Shown here: piece after piece, positions 18,601 to 28,880 of the stretch
Layout of the letters: each line of letters begins with the position of its first letter
Numbering within the stretch: the first letter of the stretch is position 1
DNA from: Myxococcota bacterium
GTDB lineage: Bacteria > Myxococcota_A > UBA9042 > PHBI01 > JAWLBL01
Reading direction: 5' to 3'
Length of the DNA stretch: 64,000 nt
NCBI GenBank assembly: GCA_041687695.1
Contig: JAWLBL010000011.1
Coordinates: 165,726-229,725, forward strand
Position numbers and translations under genes: made by a program
The notes under the pieces: generated by a model
The model's database searches: none
Told to the model about the DNA's origin: nothing
Seen by the model: only the letters and a program-made list of their open reading frames with translations

Positions 18601-20352
18601 TCAGGGGGCGCAGGTGGCGACGTTGGCCGCCCCCGCGGCGTCGTCGAGCAGCGCGAGGCCCATCTTCTGGATCCCGGTCTCGGCGTTGCCCTTGTTCAGG
18701 AACGTCAGGTAGACGCGGCCGCCCTCGGCCGGCAGGCAGCCTTCGGTCAGGGTCACGGCGAAGCCCTTGGAAGGCGAGGGTGCCTTGGCGCCTGGCACGA
18801 TGGCGTCGCTCTTCAGGCCGACCTTGGCGCCGTAGGTGACCTCGACCGGCTCGCCTCGGCGAAGCGCCAGGTCCATGTTCACTTCGCCGCCGCCGCCGCC
18901 GAAGGGGCCCTGCTGGGCCGACGCCTCCCAGGTGAGCGCGACGCCGGCCGTCCCCGCCGGGACGTCCACGTAGAACTGCACGTAGCCGGGCGCCCACTCG
19001 GTCATGCCGGGGACGGGCGCCGCCGTGCGGGTGGTCACCATGTAGGGCAGCCCGCCGAAGCCGGCCGAGAAGGCCTGCCACGGCTTGGCCCGCTCGCAGC
19101 CGATGAGGCCGTACTCCGTCAGGATGGCCTCGACCTGGGTGGCGGTGTCCTCGCCGATGAGCTCGGCCTCGGCCACGATGAGCTGCGCCGCCCCCTCGAA
19201 GCTGGTCTGCAGGGTCATCGCCTGGACGGCGCGCAGGATGATGCCGTCCGCCGTGTCCGCGCCCAGGGCCGCGCGGATGGCCCACATCGCGCTGCCGACG
19301 ATCTCGCCGTCGGCGTGGATCTCGGTGGTCAGATCGTCCGGGCACACGCGCTTTTCGGACAGGTCGCGCACCATGTTCGGGTCGAGCCCGCCGATGCCGA
19401 AGGCGCCGACCACCGGGTGGTCCAGCAGCGACGCGGCGAAGTAGTCGGCCAGGCCCTCGTTGAGGGCGCCCGGCAGGTTGTCCATGCCGAAGGCGTCGGC
19501 GAGCGTGCCAAACAGGCGGCCGGTGCCGATCATCGCGTGCGTGTACTCGTGCAGGATGACCGAGGCGTCGTAGGCGAAGTCGACCAGGGCGTACTGCCCG
19601 AAGACGATGGCGCCGCCCGCGCGCGGGCTCAGGCCCAGCTGCTGGATGCCTTCCTCGGGCATGAAGGCCGCGTTCGGGAAGGGCTGCCAGCCCTCGGACC
19701 CGCCGAAGAAGGGCGCCATGTCGGCGCTGACCCAGAACTGCACGTTGACCAGGGCGGACAGCGGGAAGTCCAGGTAGCTCAGCCCGTGCGTGCCCGAGAA
19801 GTAGTCGTGAATCGTGTTCACGTAGTGGTACATCATCACTTCGGCGAAGGGGTCGCCCGTGTCGCCGAAGTTCGCCGGGGGCTCGACGCTCAGGTAGTGC
19901 CCGTCGGGGTCGGGGAACACCGTCTTGGCCTCGCGGCACAGCCGCGCGAGGCCGCCCATGATGGTCTCGCCGCCGTCCTCGTTGAGGCAGTTGCTCACGT
20001 CGACGAACTCGCCCTTCAGGCTGCCGTCGTCGGAGACGGGCGGGCGCAGCGTGACCTTGGTCAGCTCGCTGCCGTCGATGGACGGGTCGTGGGCGAAGAC
20101 CCAGGCCTCGGGCGCGTCGAGCTTGGGCGGGGTGACCGGCACGTCGGGGCCGGCGTCCGGGGGCTCGGTCGCGTCGGGTTCGGTCGCGTCGGGTTCGGTC
20201 GCGTCGGCTTCGGCGCCGTCGGGCGACTTGGCCGTGTCGACGGCGACGTCCTCGGTGGGCGTGCCCTGGTTCGGCGAGTCGGACTCGCAGGCGGGCACGA
20301 CGAGGACGGCGCCGGCGAGGGCCAGGGCGGCGAAGGGCTTGCGGTTTCGCAT
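18601..20352 (-). CDS. M4/M36-like zinc metallopeptidase lipoprotein (catalytic domain, no propeptide)
   Basis: Lipobox VPAC, DATEP linker, NAAF, DASVILHEYTH, NEGLADYF, EIHADG. Confidence 0.85.
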   Translation of the reverse strand: MRNRKPFAALALAGAVLVVPACESDSPNQGTPTEDVAVDTAKSPDGAEADATEPDATEPDATEPPDAGPDVPVTPPKLDAPEAWVFAHDPSIDGSELTKVTLRPPVSDDGSLKGEFVDVSNCLNEDGGETIMGGLARLCREAKTVFPDPDGHYLSVEPPANFGDTGDPFAEVMMYHYVNTIHDYFSGTHGLSYLDFPLSALVNVQFWVSADMAPFFGGSEGWQPFPNAAFMPEEGIQQLGLSPRAGGAIVFGQYALVDFAYDASVILHEYTHAMIGTGRLFGTLADAFGMDNLPGALNEGLADYFAASLLDHPVVGAFGIGGLDPNMVRDLSEKRVCPDDLTTEIHADGEIVGSAMWAIRAALGADTADGIILRAVQAMTLQTSFEGAAQLIVAEAELIGEDTATQVEAILTEYGLIGCERAKPWQAFSAGFGGLPYMVTTRTAAPVPGMTEWAPGYVQFYVDVPAGTAGVALTWEASAQQGPFGGGGGEVNMDLALRRGEPVEVTYGAKVGLKSDAIVPGAKAPSPSKGFAVTLTEGCLPAEGGRVYLTFLNKGNAETGIQKMGLALLDDAAGAANVATCAP

Positions 20353-20366
20353 CGGGATCCTCGCGG

Positions 20367-21080
20367 TCAGCGGACGAGCCGGTCGTGGAGCCCGAAGGGG
20401 GCGCCGGTGGAGCCGTCGACGAGCACGACCCAGTCGGCCAGCGCCGGGGCGCCGGTGACCTGGATCTGGTACGAGACGACGCCGTAGTCGCCGCTGGCGG
20501 CGACGATCGTGCGGGTGGTCCCGCAGCCCAGGGCGTCGGCCGGGGTGGCCAGGCGGGCGCCGACCGCGGCGCGGGCGACGTCGCAGGCCGCCGCGGCGTC
20601 GAGGGTCGCGGGGGTGACCTGCGCGAGCGCCTGGGCGTCGCCTGCCAGGCTCAGCACGGTCCCGGCGGCGTCCACCGTCACGGTCACGCCGCGGCCGTGC
20701 ACCGGCAGGCCCTGCCAACGCTGCTCGAAGCGCACGACCCCACGATCGCGGGTCTGGACCGTCTCGGCGTGGGCCAGGTCGGTCGCGGGCAGCTGGACCA
20801 GATCGGGCCAGGCGGTCAGGAACGTCTCGGCGGCCCTGCGGGCGTCGCGGTGGCCGGTCTCGGTGGCCAGGCCGGTCACCAGCGCCGGCGTCGCGCGCCC
20901 CTTGCGCCACTGGACCCGCAGCCGGGCGCGCTGGTCCTTCAGCCGCTGCACGCTGGCTTCGGCGCGAGCGCGGGCAGCCTCCTGCCCCGCGGGGGCGTCC
21001 GGCGGGGTCGCCAGCGCGCTGGGCGCTCCGAACGCCAGCAGGGCGAGCAGGGTCCAGGGTCGCAGTCGTGTCCTCGTCAT
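20367..21080 (-). CDS. Stand-alone FTP/PepSY propeptide-like secreted protein
   Basis: Signal peptide; VVRFEQRWQGLPVHG (FTP); W.VLVDGSTG (PepSY); no HEXXH motif. Confidence 0.78.
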   Translation of the reverse strand: MTRTRLRPWTLLALLAFGAPSALATPPDAPAGQEAARARAEASVQRLKDQRARLRVQWRKGRATPALVTGLATETGHRDARRAAETFLTAWPDLVQLPATDLAHAETVQTRDRGVVRFEQRWQGLPVHGRGVTVTVDAAGTVLSLAGDAQALAQVTPATLDAAAACDVARAAVGARLATPADALGCGTTRTIVAASGDYGVVSYQIQVTGAPALADWVVLVDGSTGAPFGLHDRLVR

Positions 21081-21223
21081 GGGCGCCTCCTAGGTCGAAG
21101 GCGCGCACGATAGCGGATTCGGGCCCCCATGGGCCAACGGTTCCTTCCCGCGCGGGCCGCCCTCTCGGCGACGCGGCGGTCCCGGGGTTGGCCCCGCCCG
21201 GCCCCCGCCGCTATGGTACGCGC

Positions 21224-24133
21224 GTGCAGCGCACCCGGCTCGCCCCGCTCCTGGCCCTCCTCCTAGCGCTGGTCTCGTCCGCTGCGCCGCCGCCGGCCCA
21301 CGCCGGCACGGACCCCGAACGGCAGTGGTACACCCTGCTGACCGAGCACTTCGCGGTGCACACCTACGACGGCGGCGAGGCCCTGGCCCGGCGCGCCGCC
21401 GGCTGGGCCGAGGCCGCCTGGACCGAGCTGAACCCCGTCTTCGGCTGGACCCCCGAGGAGCGCATCCACGTCGTGGTGGTCGACGACGGCGACTCCGCCA
21501 ACGGCTTCGCCAGCGTGATGCCCTACGACGCGATCACGCTCTTCGCCCACCCGCCGGAGGCCGACGGCAGCCTGAGCGACTACGACGACTGGCTCAAGCT
21601 CCTCGTCTACCACGAGTACGCCCACGTCGTTCACCTGGACAACGCCGAGGGCCTGCCGCGCGTCCTCAACACCGTCCTCGGCAAGAGCATCAAGCCCAAC
21701 CAGGCCCTGCCGCGCTGGTTGACCGAGGGCCTGGCGACCTGGGTCGAGTCGACGTACACGGCCGCCGGCCGCGTCGGCTCGAGCCGCTTCGAGATGATCC
21801 TGCGCACCGCCGTCCTCGAGGACCGCCTGCTCGAGCTGGACGAGCTGACGGGCGAGCCGCTGCGCCACCCGCGCGGCACCAGCTGGTACCTGTACGGCAG
21901 CTACCTGGTCGACCACATCGTCCGCGCGACCGGCGCGGACGCCATCCGCGCCTTCGTGGACGCCTACGGTCGCCGCGTCATCCCGTTCTCGATGAACATC
22001 ACCGCGCGGCAGACCACCGGCAAGGACCTCGCCGCCTGGTACGCCGAGCTGAAGACCGCCCTGGTCGCCCGCGCCCACGCCACGCGCGACGCCCTGCAGG
22101 CCGCGGGGCGGCTCGAGGGGGTCCGCCGCACACGCGGCGGCGAGGTCAAGCTGTATCCCCGCCTGTCCCCAGACGGCCGCTGGCTGGTCTACGTCCGCGC
22201 CGACGGCCACGCCCAGGCCGAGCTGGTCGCCGCCCCGGTCGCCGACCCGTCCGACGTGCGCCCCATCATCCGCTGCGACGGCGGCTGCGGCCGCTTCGCC
22301 TTCACCCGCGACGGCCGCGAGCTCGTCCTGGCGAGCGGGCGCCCCTACCGGCAGGTCAACTGGTACACCGAGCTGGTCCGTGTCCCCTTCACCCCCCACC
22401 AGCCGCGCCGCGCCGGCCGCGTCCTGACCCGCGGCGCCCGCACCACCGAGCCTTCGGTGGCCCCGGCCGGCGACCTCGTCTGGACGGCCAGCTCGGGCTG
22501 GGGTCAGACCTGGCTCGAGGCCCGCGACGCCACGACCGGCGCGCTGCGCCACCGCTGGGATCCGCCGCCCTGGGCGCGCGTCAACACGCCCGTCGCCTCG
22601 CCGGACGGCCGCACCGTCTACGTCTCGATGCACCACGCCGGCAACCGCGACCTGTACGCGGTCGACCTCGCCTCGGGACAGGCCTCGCGCCTCACCGAGG
22701 GCCGCGCCCTCGAGATAGACCTGTCGCTGTCCCCCGACGGCCGCTGGCTCCTTTACAGCTCCGACACCACCGGCATCTACGACGTCTACGCCCGCGAGCT
22801 GGCGACCGGCCGCACCGTCCGCCTGACCCGCGTCCTGTCGGGCGCCTTCCAGCCGTCGGTCTCACCCGACGGGCAGATCCTGGTCTACACGGGCTGGACC
22901 GCCCAGGGCTGGGAGCTCTACACCCTGCCGTTCGCCCCCGACGCGGCCCCCCTGGTCGCCGATCCCGACGGCACCGAGCTGCGCCCCTCGGCCGGCGAGC
23001 CGCCCGCCATCGCCATCGAGCGCCGGCCCTACAACCCGCTGCCGACCATGCTCCCGCGCAACTGGATCCCGACCTACTTCGTCGATTCCTTCGGCTTCAG
23101 CCGCCTCGGCCTGACCTTCGGCGGCGCCGACGCCAGCGGCCGCCTGTCGAGCGCCATCGGCTTCGAGGTCGACCTCGACCGCGACGACTTCTCGGCCTTC
23201 GCCTCGGTCGGCGTCGGCCTGTGGTGGCCGCAGGTGACGCTGACGGCGGGCCGCTACACCTGGGACCGCTTCTCCTTCTTCGACGATCGCTTCGAGGACT
23301 ACCGCGAGGAGGTCCTCTTCTCGTCGCTCGACGTCTCGCTGCCCCTGCCCAGCGCCCACATCGGCATGTTCGTCGGCGGCACCTTCACCGCCGACCTGTC
23401 CCGCGCCGTGCAGGCGGCCCCGGTCGACCCCAGCCCCGACCAGTTCACCTCCTTCGTCCCGCGCGAGGGGCTGTCGACCTCGCTGCGGCTGTATTGGCAA
23501 CTCTCCGACGTCGAGCGCTTCGCCTTCAGCGTCTCCCCCATGCGCGGCGGCTCGGCCAGCGCGGCCTTCCGCCTGCGCCACCCGGCCATCGGCTCGACCC
23601 TGACCAACTACACCCTCAGCTACGGCCTGACGCGCTACCTGCCGATGCCCTGGGCCCAGGATCACGTGACCGCGCTGCGCATGCAGGGCGGCTGGAGCGG
23701 CGGCGAGTCGCCGGGCACCTTCACCCTGGGCGGCGTCCCGGACCAGAACATCTTCTCGGATCTGGTCAACCTGACGCAGGCCGGCGCCACCTGGCTGCGC
23801 GGCTTCGCGCCCAACGCCTACGTCGGCACCGCCTATCACCTGCTCAGCACCGAGTACCGGCTGCCGCTCATGCGCGCGCGCACCGGGCTCGAGACCCTGC
23901 CCGTCTTCGTCCGCGACGTCGCGGGGGCCCTCTTCGTCGACACCGGCCTCGCCTACAGCGACCCCTTCGACCTCGACACCTTCGAGCGGCTCCGCGTCGG
24001 CGTGGGCGCCGAGCTGCGCACCGAGCTCGAGCTCTTCTTCGGGCTGACCACCAGCCTCCGCCTCGGTTACGGCTACGGCCTGGGCCCCGACGGCGGCGGC
24101 CAGCTCTACCTGCTGATGGCGCCGCCGCCATGA
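21224..24133 (+). CDS. Peptidase MA-like + TolB/PD40 beta-propeller + Omp85/BamA-type barrel fusion
   Basis: HEYAH...WLTEGLA; repeated SPDG; C-terminal LRGF..., EYRLP, GVGAEL. Confidence 0.8.
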   Translation: MQRTRLAPLLALLLALVSSAAPPPAHAGTDPERQWYTLLTEHFAVHTYDGGEALARRAAGWAEAAWTELNPVFGWTPEERIHVVVVDDGDSANGFASVMPYDAITLFAHPPEADGSLSDYDDWLKLLVYHEYAHVVHLDNAEGLPRVLNTVLGKSIKPNQALPRWLTEGLATWVESTYTAAGRVGSSRFEMILRTAVLEDRLLELDELTGEPLRHPRGTSWYLYGSYLVDHIVRATGADAIRAFVDAYGRRVIPFSMNITARQTTGKDLAAWYAELKTALVARAHATRDALQAAGRLEGVRRTRGGEVKLYPRLSPDGRWLVYVRADGHAQAELVAAPVADPSDVRPIIRCDGGCGRFAFTRDGRELVLASGRPYRQVNWYTELVRVPFTPHQPRRAGRVLTRGARTTEPSVAPAGDLVWTASSGWGQTWLEARDATTGALRHRWDPPPWARVNTPVASPDGRTVYVSMHHAGNRDLYAVDLASGQASRLTEGRALEIDLSLSPDGRWLLYSSDTTGIYDVYARELATGRTVRLTRVLSGAFQPSVSPDGQILVYTGWTAQGWELYTLPFAPDAAPLVADPDGTELRPSAGEPPAIAIERRPYNPLPTMLPRNWIPTYFVDSFGFSRLGLTFGGADASGRLSSAIGFEVDLDRDDFSAFASVGVGLWWPQVTLTAGRYTWDRFSFFDDRFEDYREEVLFSSLDVSLPLPSAHIGMFVGGTFTADLSRAVQAAPVDPSPDQFTSFVPREGLSTSLRLYWQLSDVERFAFSVSPMRGGSASAAFRLRHPAIGSTLTNYTLSYGLTRYLPMPWAQDHVTALRMQGGWSGGESPGTFTLGGVPDQNIFSDLVNLTQAGATWLRGFAPNAYVGTAYHLLSTEYRLPLMRARTGLETLPVFVRDVAGALFVDTGLAYSDPFDLDTFERLRVGVGAELRTELELFFGLTTSLRLGYGYGLGPDGGGQLYLLMAPPP

Positions 24134-24240
24134 CGCGCCGCACAGGCCCGTCGGAGCATTACTTTTCGGCAGTTCGACGCATTTGACACCCTGACGGACG
24201 CATGGCTAGGCTCCCCGTCGACCCCCGTCCGGGAGACGCC

Positions 24241-25164
24241 ATGCCTCTGTTCGCCAGGCTCCTTCTCGCGCTCGGCCTCGTCGCGTCGACCGCGACCGCC
24301 GCCTCCGCCCAACCCGCCGAGGGGCGCCGCTACAAGGTGCTCGGCATGCAGGTCGAGGGCGGCGATCTGTCGGCCAAGGACCGCGACGATCTGTTCCGCG
24401 TCGTGCAGGCCAAGTTGCGCAGCTACCCCAACATCGAGCTGCTCAAGCCGCCCGCGGGCGAGCTGACCGACGAGATGATCGATCTCGAGTGCATCGATCT
24501 GGACGAGGAGTGCTTCACGCGCCTCGGCAAGAAGTACGGCGCCGAGCGCGTCTTCTACACCCAGGTCGACAAGGCGGCGCCCTACGCGCTGGTCGTCCGG
24601 GTGCTCGAGGTCTCGACCGGCAAGCTCATCCGCGACAACAAGGTCCCGGTGCGCTCGCTGCCCGAGCTGACGACGGCGCTCGAGCGCGAGGTCGAGCAGG
24701 TCTTCGGGCCGCCGCCGGCGCCCAAGCCCGAGACCGGGACGGTGGTCATCGAGTCGCCGGGCGCGAAGATCTACATCGGCGCGGACTACGTCGGGACGGG
24801 CAAGGTCACGTTGGAGAAGCCACCGGGCCCCTACACGCTGCGCGTGACGCGCGACGGCTACGAGGAGCAGGTCGGCGCCGTGATGGTCGAGGCGGGCAAG
24901 ACGACGACCAAGAAGATCGAGCTGAAGCCCGTGGGCCTCGCCGGCGGGGTGGTCGTGCCGACGGAGCCCCGGCCCGACGAGCCCAAGGCCTTCTACGAGC
25001 AGTGGTGGTTCTGGACCGGCGTGGGCGTCGTGGTGCTGGGCACCACGGTGGCCATCGCCGCGGCCTCGGACGACGCGTCGGACGTGCCGCGCGGGTCGGT
25101 GGTGGTCTCGGTCGACCCGCAGAGCGCCTGGCAGGACGCCGGGGTGAAGGGAGCGGCGCGATGA
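24241..25164 (+). CDS. PEGA domain protein
   Basis: Signal peptide; PGAKIYI..., PGPYTLRVTRDGY; C-terminal FYEQWWFW plus TM helix. Confidence 0.75.
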   Translation: MPLFARLLLALGLVASTATAASAQPAEGRRYKVLGMQVEGGDLSAKDRDDLFRVVQAKLRSYPNIELLKPPAGELTDEMIDLECIDLDEECFTRLGKKYGAERVFYTQVDKAAPYALVVRVLEVSTGKLIRDNKVPVRSLPELTTALEREVEQVFGPPPAPKPETGTVVIESPGAKIYIGADYVGTGKVTLEKPPGPYTLRVTRDGYEEQVGAVMVEAGKTTTKKIELKPVGLAGGVVVPTEPRPDEPKAFYEQWWFWTGVGVVVLGTTVAIAAASDDASDVPRGSVVVSVDPQSAWQDAGVKGAAR

Positions 25165-26969
25165 GGATGGGGCCGATGATGCGTCGGGGACGGTTCGCGG
25201 GTGTGGCGCTGGGCGTCGTGGCGGGGCTGGGGCTGGCCGCGGGCGGCTGCGCCGACCAGCTCGAGGACGACACGGGCACCCTCGTGGTCGGCCTGCGAGA
25301 CGAGACGGGCGGCTGGTTCCGCCTGCGGATCTTCTCCAGCCAGCCGAACGCGGCCCTCGAGGGCGACGAGATCTACGGCACGGGCTGCCTCGAGGCGAAG
25401 TCGCGCACCTACGAGCTGACGCGCATCCCCTCGGGCACCGATCGCTGGGTGGTCATCGAGAGCTTCCAGAGCGCGACCTGCGACGCGGCCGTGCGACAGG
25501 AGATGGGCTTTCGCGGCGGCGTCGAGATCCCGCGCGGTGGGACGGCGCCCTACTTCCACGTGCCGCTGTACGACGAGCACGGCCTCACCGCCCTGCCCGA
25601 GGACATCAACATCTCGGCCAGCCTGGCCGAGCCCATCGACACCTGCCTGACCGACGCGCACTGCGAGGCCGAGTTCGGGGCCGGTTACGCCTGCTTCGAC
25701 GAGCAGAAGCCCAGCTACTGGTGCCTGCCCTCGTGCGACGCCAACGCCGACTGCGCCGGCTATCACCCCGACGCGACCTGCGACCTGCCGACCGGCTACT
25801 GCATCCTGCGCTCGCCCTTCCCGCTGAACCTGTCCGAGCCGCGCGCGCTGGGCCACGCCGTCGGCCTGTCGGACGGCAGCGTCGCCTTCCTGGGCGGCTA
25901 CGGGCTGGTCAGCGCCGGGCGCCTGCAGGCCGGCCAGCACGCGGTCGAGGTGTTCGACGCGACCCTCGGGCTGTTCACGCGGCCCGAGATCGCCGGGCTG
26001 GACGCGCTGCCGGGTCTGTCCGGGCTGGCGCGCCTGTCGTCGGACCGGGTCGCCCTGGTCGGCGGCGCCGGCAGCCTGACCCTGAACTGGTCGGGCAGCG
26101 GCTCGGGGCTGACCCTCGAGGGGGCGGCGCCCACCGGCGGGACGTGCCCGGGGGCGACGTGCGTGGGCGAGCTGTCCGACGCGCTGGTCGTCGTCGACTT
26201 CGCCAGCGGCCAGGCCACGACCCAGACGCTGCCGACGGCGGTCGCGATGCCGGCCGTGGCGGTGCTGGACGACGGGCGCCTGCTGGTGATGGGCGGCCTG
26301 GTCGAGGGCGACGAGGGCGTGCAGCCGACGGACGCGACGTGGCTGTGCAGCGTGGGAGGCGACTGCGAGCCGGGTCCGACCCTGTCGACGCCGCGGGCCG
26401 GCGCGACCGTCGCCTGCCTGGGCGAGGCCTGCGCCGAGCGGGTCCTCGTGGGTGGCAACGCGACCGGCAAGCTGGCCGAGGCCATCGAGGTCGACGGCGA
26501 CGAGGTGGCCTTCGCGACCCTGCTCGAGGCGGACCTGCCGGCCCGCGTCTTCGGCGCGCAGACCTGCGGGGCGACCCTGGTCGCCGGCGCGGCCACGCCC
26601 ACGGGCGTCGGCGGCGTGACCCCGGCCCGGCTCGCCCGCGAGGGCAGCGACCTGAACGGCACGGCGGTGCCCACCGACGCCATCGAGGCCCTGCCGCTGT
26701 GGCCGGCCGTGGCGGCGATGCCCGGCGGCGGCTGCTGGATCTTCGGCGGCCTCGACGGTGACGGCCGCGTCAGCGCGACCACCTTCCGCGCCACGCCGGC
26801 CAACCTGCCGGCGACCACCTTCGACATGAGCCGCGGCCGCTTCGGCGCCATGGCCGCGCCCATCGGGGCGGGGCCGCTGACCGGCAGCGTCGTGGTCGGA
26901 GGCGGCCTGCGCCTCATCGACGGCAACGGCGTCGGGTTCGTCCGCGGCGCCGAGGTCCTGCGGCCATAG
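25161..26969 (+). CDS. Kelch-repeat/Cys-rich lipoprotein
   Basis: Lipobox AGGC; L.DG..L..GG Kelch-like blades; ATGA overlap. Confidence 0.65.
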   Translation: MRMGPMMRRGRFAGVALGVVAGLGLAAGGCADQLEDDTGTLVVGLRDETGGWFRLRIFSSQPNAALEGDEIYGTGCLEAKSRTYELTRIPSGTDRWVVIESFQSATCDAAVRQEMGFRGGVEIPRGGTAPYFHVPLYDEHGLTALPEDINISASLAEPIDTCLTDAHCEAEFGAGYACFDEQKPSYWCLPSCDANADCAGYHPDATCDLPTGYCILRSPFPLNLSEPRALGHAVGLSDGSVAFLGGYGLVSAGRLQAGQHAVEVFDATLGLFTRPEIAGLDALPGLSGLARLSSDRVALVGGAGSLTLNWSGSGSGLTLEGAAPTGGTCPGATCVGELSDALVVVDFASGQATTQTLPTAVAMPAVAVLDDGRLLVMGGLVEGDEGVQPTDATWLCSVGGDCEPGPTLSTPRAGATVACLGEACAERVLVGGNATGKLAEAIEVDGDEVAFATLLEADLPARVFGAQTCGATLVAGAATPTGVGGVTPARLAREGSDLNGTAVPTDAIEALPLWPAVAAMPGGGCWIFGGLDGDGRVSATTFRATPANLPATTFDMSRGRFGAMAAPIGAGPLTGSVVVGGGLRLIDGNGVGFVRGAEVLRP

Positions 26970-27043
26970 GCTCCTTCGGAAGACCCGGCCTCGGCGCGCT
27001 CCGCTCGAGGCCGTCGCTTCCCGGGCTCTCGGCCGCGCTCGGC

Positions 27044-28864
27044 GTGCTGGTCACGCTCGGGCTCATGCCGTTCGTGCAGGGCGACGTCGGCTGGTACGAC
27101 TCGGGCGAGCTGACCGCCGCGACCGCCGGCCTGGGGGTCCCGCACCCGACCGGCTTCCCGCTGCTGGTCGTGCTGGGGCACGCGCTGCAGCTGCTGCCGT
27201 TCGGCCCGGTCCCCTTCCGGGTCGCCCTGCTGAGCGCCGCCTCGGTCGGGCTGGCGACCGGGCTGGTCCACGCGACCGCCGTGCGCTTGGGGGCGCGACC
27301 GGGGCTGGCCGCCCTGGGCGCGCTGCTGGTGCCCGTGCAGCTGGTCGTCTGGACCAACGCCGTGCTGGTCGAGGTCTACGCGCCGACCCTGGCGCTGGGC
27401 GCGGGCGTCGCCTTCCTGCTGGGCCGGCCCGAGCCCGCCTGGCGCCAGGCCGCCGTCCTGACCGGGCTGGGGCTGGGCGCGCACGTCGGCTTCGTGCTGA
27501 TGGCGGGCGCCCTGTGGCTGGGCGCGCTGACCGGGCACCGGGCCTGGCCGAGGCTGCCGAGGCTGCTGCCCTGGGGGCTCGTGGGCGGGCTGGTCATCCT
27601 GGCGCTGCCGTTGATGGCCAGCCGCGACCCCTGGATGAACTGGGGCGACCCGTCGACGCCCGGACGGCTGCTGGACCACCTGACCGCGGCCAGCATCCGC
27701 GGGTCGTTCGAGGGCGAGATGGGGCGAGGCGGGGCGGCCAGCGCGCACCGCCTGGGGCAGTGGGCCGAGGACGTCGGCGGGCCCTTCGCGGCGCTGGCGG
27801 TGGTCGTCGTGGCCCTGGCGGCGCCGTTCGTGCGCCCGCGCTGGTTCGGCCTGGCGCTGCTCGGGGCGCTGGCGCTGGACGCGGCCTTCACGGTCTGGGT
27901 CAACCCGATGGGCCAGGCCGAGCTGCAGACCGGCACGCCGGGCGTGCTGGCGTTGGCGTCGTTGGCGGCCCTGGCGCTGGGGCAGCTGCCGTTGCGGCCG
28001 CTGCTGCGCGGGCTCGGTGGGGCCATCGTCGCGCTGGTGCTGGCGTTCACGCTGGTCTTCCGCTGGGAGGAGCGGCCCACGGACGAGCACGCGGGCCGCC
28101 ACGGGCGCCTGGTCCTGTCGGCCTTGCAGCCCGGCGCGCTGCTGCTGGCGACGTCGGACCACCTGGCCAGCCAGTCGCTGTACCTTCAGGGCGTCGAGGC
28201 GATGCGGCCCGACGTCGTCTCGCTGGTCATCCAGCATCTGCACGACGGCCCCGCGGTCGCCCGGCGCTACGCCTTCGCGGACCGGGCTGCCCCCGAGGCC
28301 TTCCTGGCCCTGCCGCGCGAGCAGGACCGCGAGCGGGTGGCCGCGCTGCTGCGCGCCGAGGGCCGCCACGGGCCCGTGTACTGGCAGCTGGGCGAGGGGC
28401 GCTACGACGGGGCGCTGACGGGCGTGCTCCGGGACCACGGCCTGGTCGAGCGCCTGGCGCCGCCCTCCGGCGTGGTCGCGGGGCCGCCGCGTACGACCGG
28501 CGCCGACGCCCTGTACGACCGGCTCACGGCCGTCGAGCCGGCGCGCGCGCGCACGCGCTGGGTGTGGAGCGAGGCGGCGCGGCTGCGTGGCCTGGCCCGG
28601 CTGCGCGAGGGGGCGCTGGACCCGGCCGCGCGCCTGCTCGAGGAGGCGATGCGGCTCGACCCCAACAGCGCCCGCGCCAACGCGGCCCTGGGCGCCGTGC
28701 GCTGGCGGCAGGGGCAGGCCGACGAGGCGATCGACCTGCTCGAGCGCGCCGTGCGGCTGGACCCGACCTACGCGCACGGGTGGCGGACGCTGGCGACCTA
28801 TCGCGAGGCCGCCGGCGACCCGCGCGGGGCGCAGCGGGCGCGCGATCGGCTCGAGGCGCTGTGA
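27044..28864 (+). CDS. DUF2723 (TMEM260-like GT-C glycosyltransferase) + TPR
   Basis: DSGEL....LGVPHPTGFPL, EVY, NWGDP, multiple TMs and a C-terminal TPR. The start is uncertain. Confidence 0.8.
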   Translation: MLVTLGLMPFVQGDVGWYDSGELTAATAGLGVPHPTGFPLLVVLGHALQLLPFGPVPFRVALLSAASVGLATGLVHATAVRLGARPGLAALGALLVPVQLVVWTNAVLVEVYAPTLALGAGVAFLLGRPEPAWRQAAVLTGLGLGAHVGFVLMAGALWLGALTGHRAWPRLPRLLPWGLVGGLVILALPLMASRDPWMNWGDPSTPGRLLDHLTAASIRGSFEGEMGRGGAASAHRLGQWAEDVGGPFAALAVVVVALAAPFVRPRWFGLALLGALALDAAFTVWVNPMGQAELQTGTPGVLALASLAALALGQLPLRPLLRGLGGAIVALVLAFTLVFRWEERPTDEHAGRHGRLVLSALQPGALLLATSDHLASQSLYLQGVEAMRPDVVSLVIQHLHDGPAVARRYAFADRAAPEAFLALPREQDRERVAALLRAEGRHGPVYWQLGEGRYDGALTGVLRDHGLVERLAPPSGVVAGPPRTTGADALYDRLTAVEPARARTRWVWSEAARLRGLARLREGALDPAARLLEEAMRLDPNSARANAALGAVRWRQGQADEAIDLLERAVRLDPTYAHGWRTLATYREAAGDPRGAQRARDRLEAL

Positions 28865-28880
28865 GGGCGGCGGCGCCCGC

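Noticed and set aside
20352..20367. Frameshifted protease pseudogene
   Set aside because: The downstream ORF has its own ATG and lipobox, and its catalytic motifs are intact.
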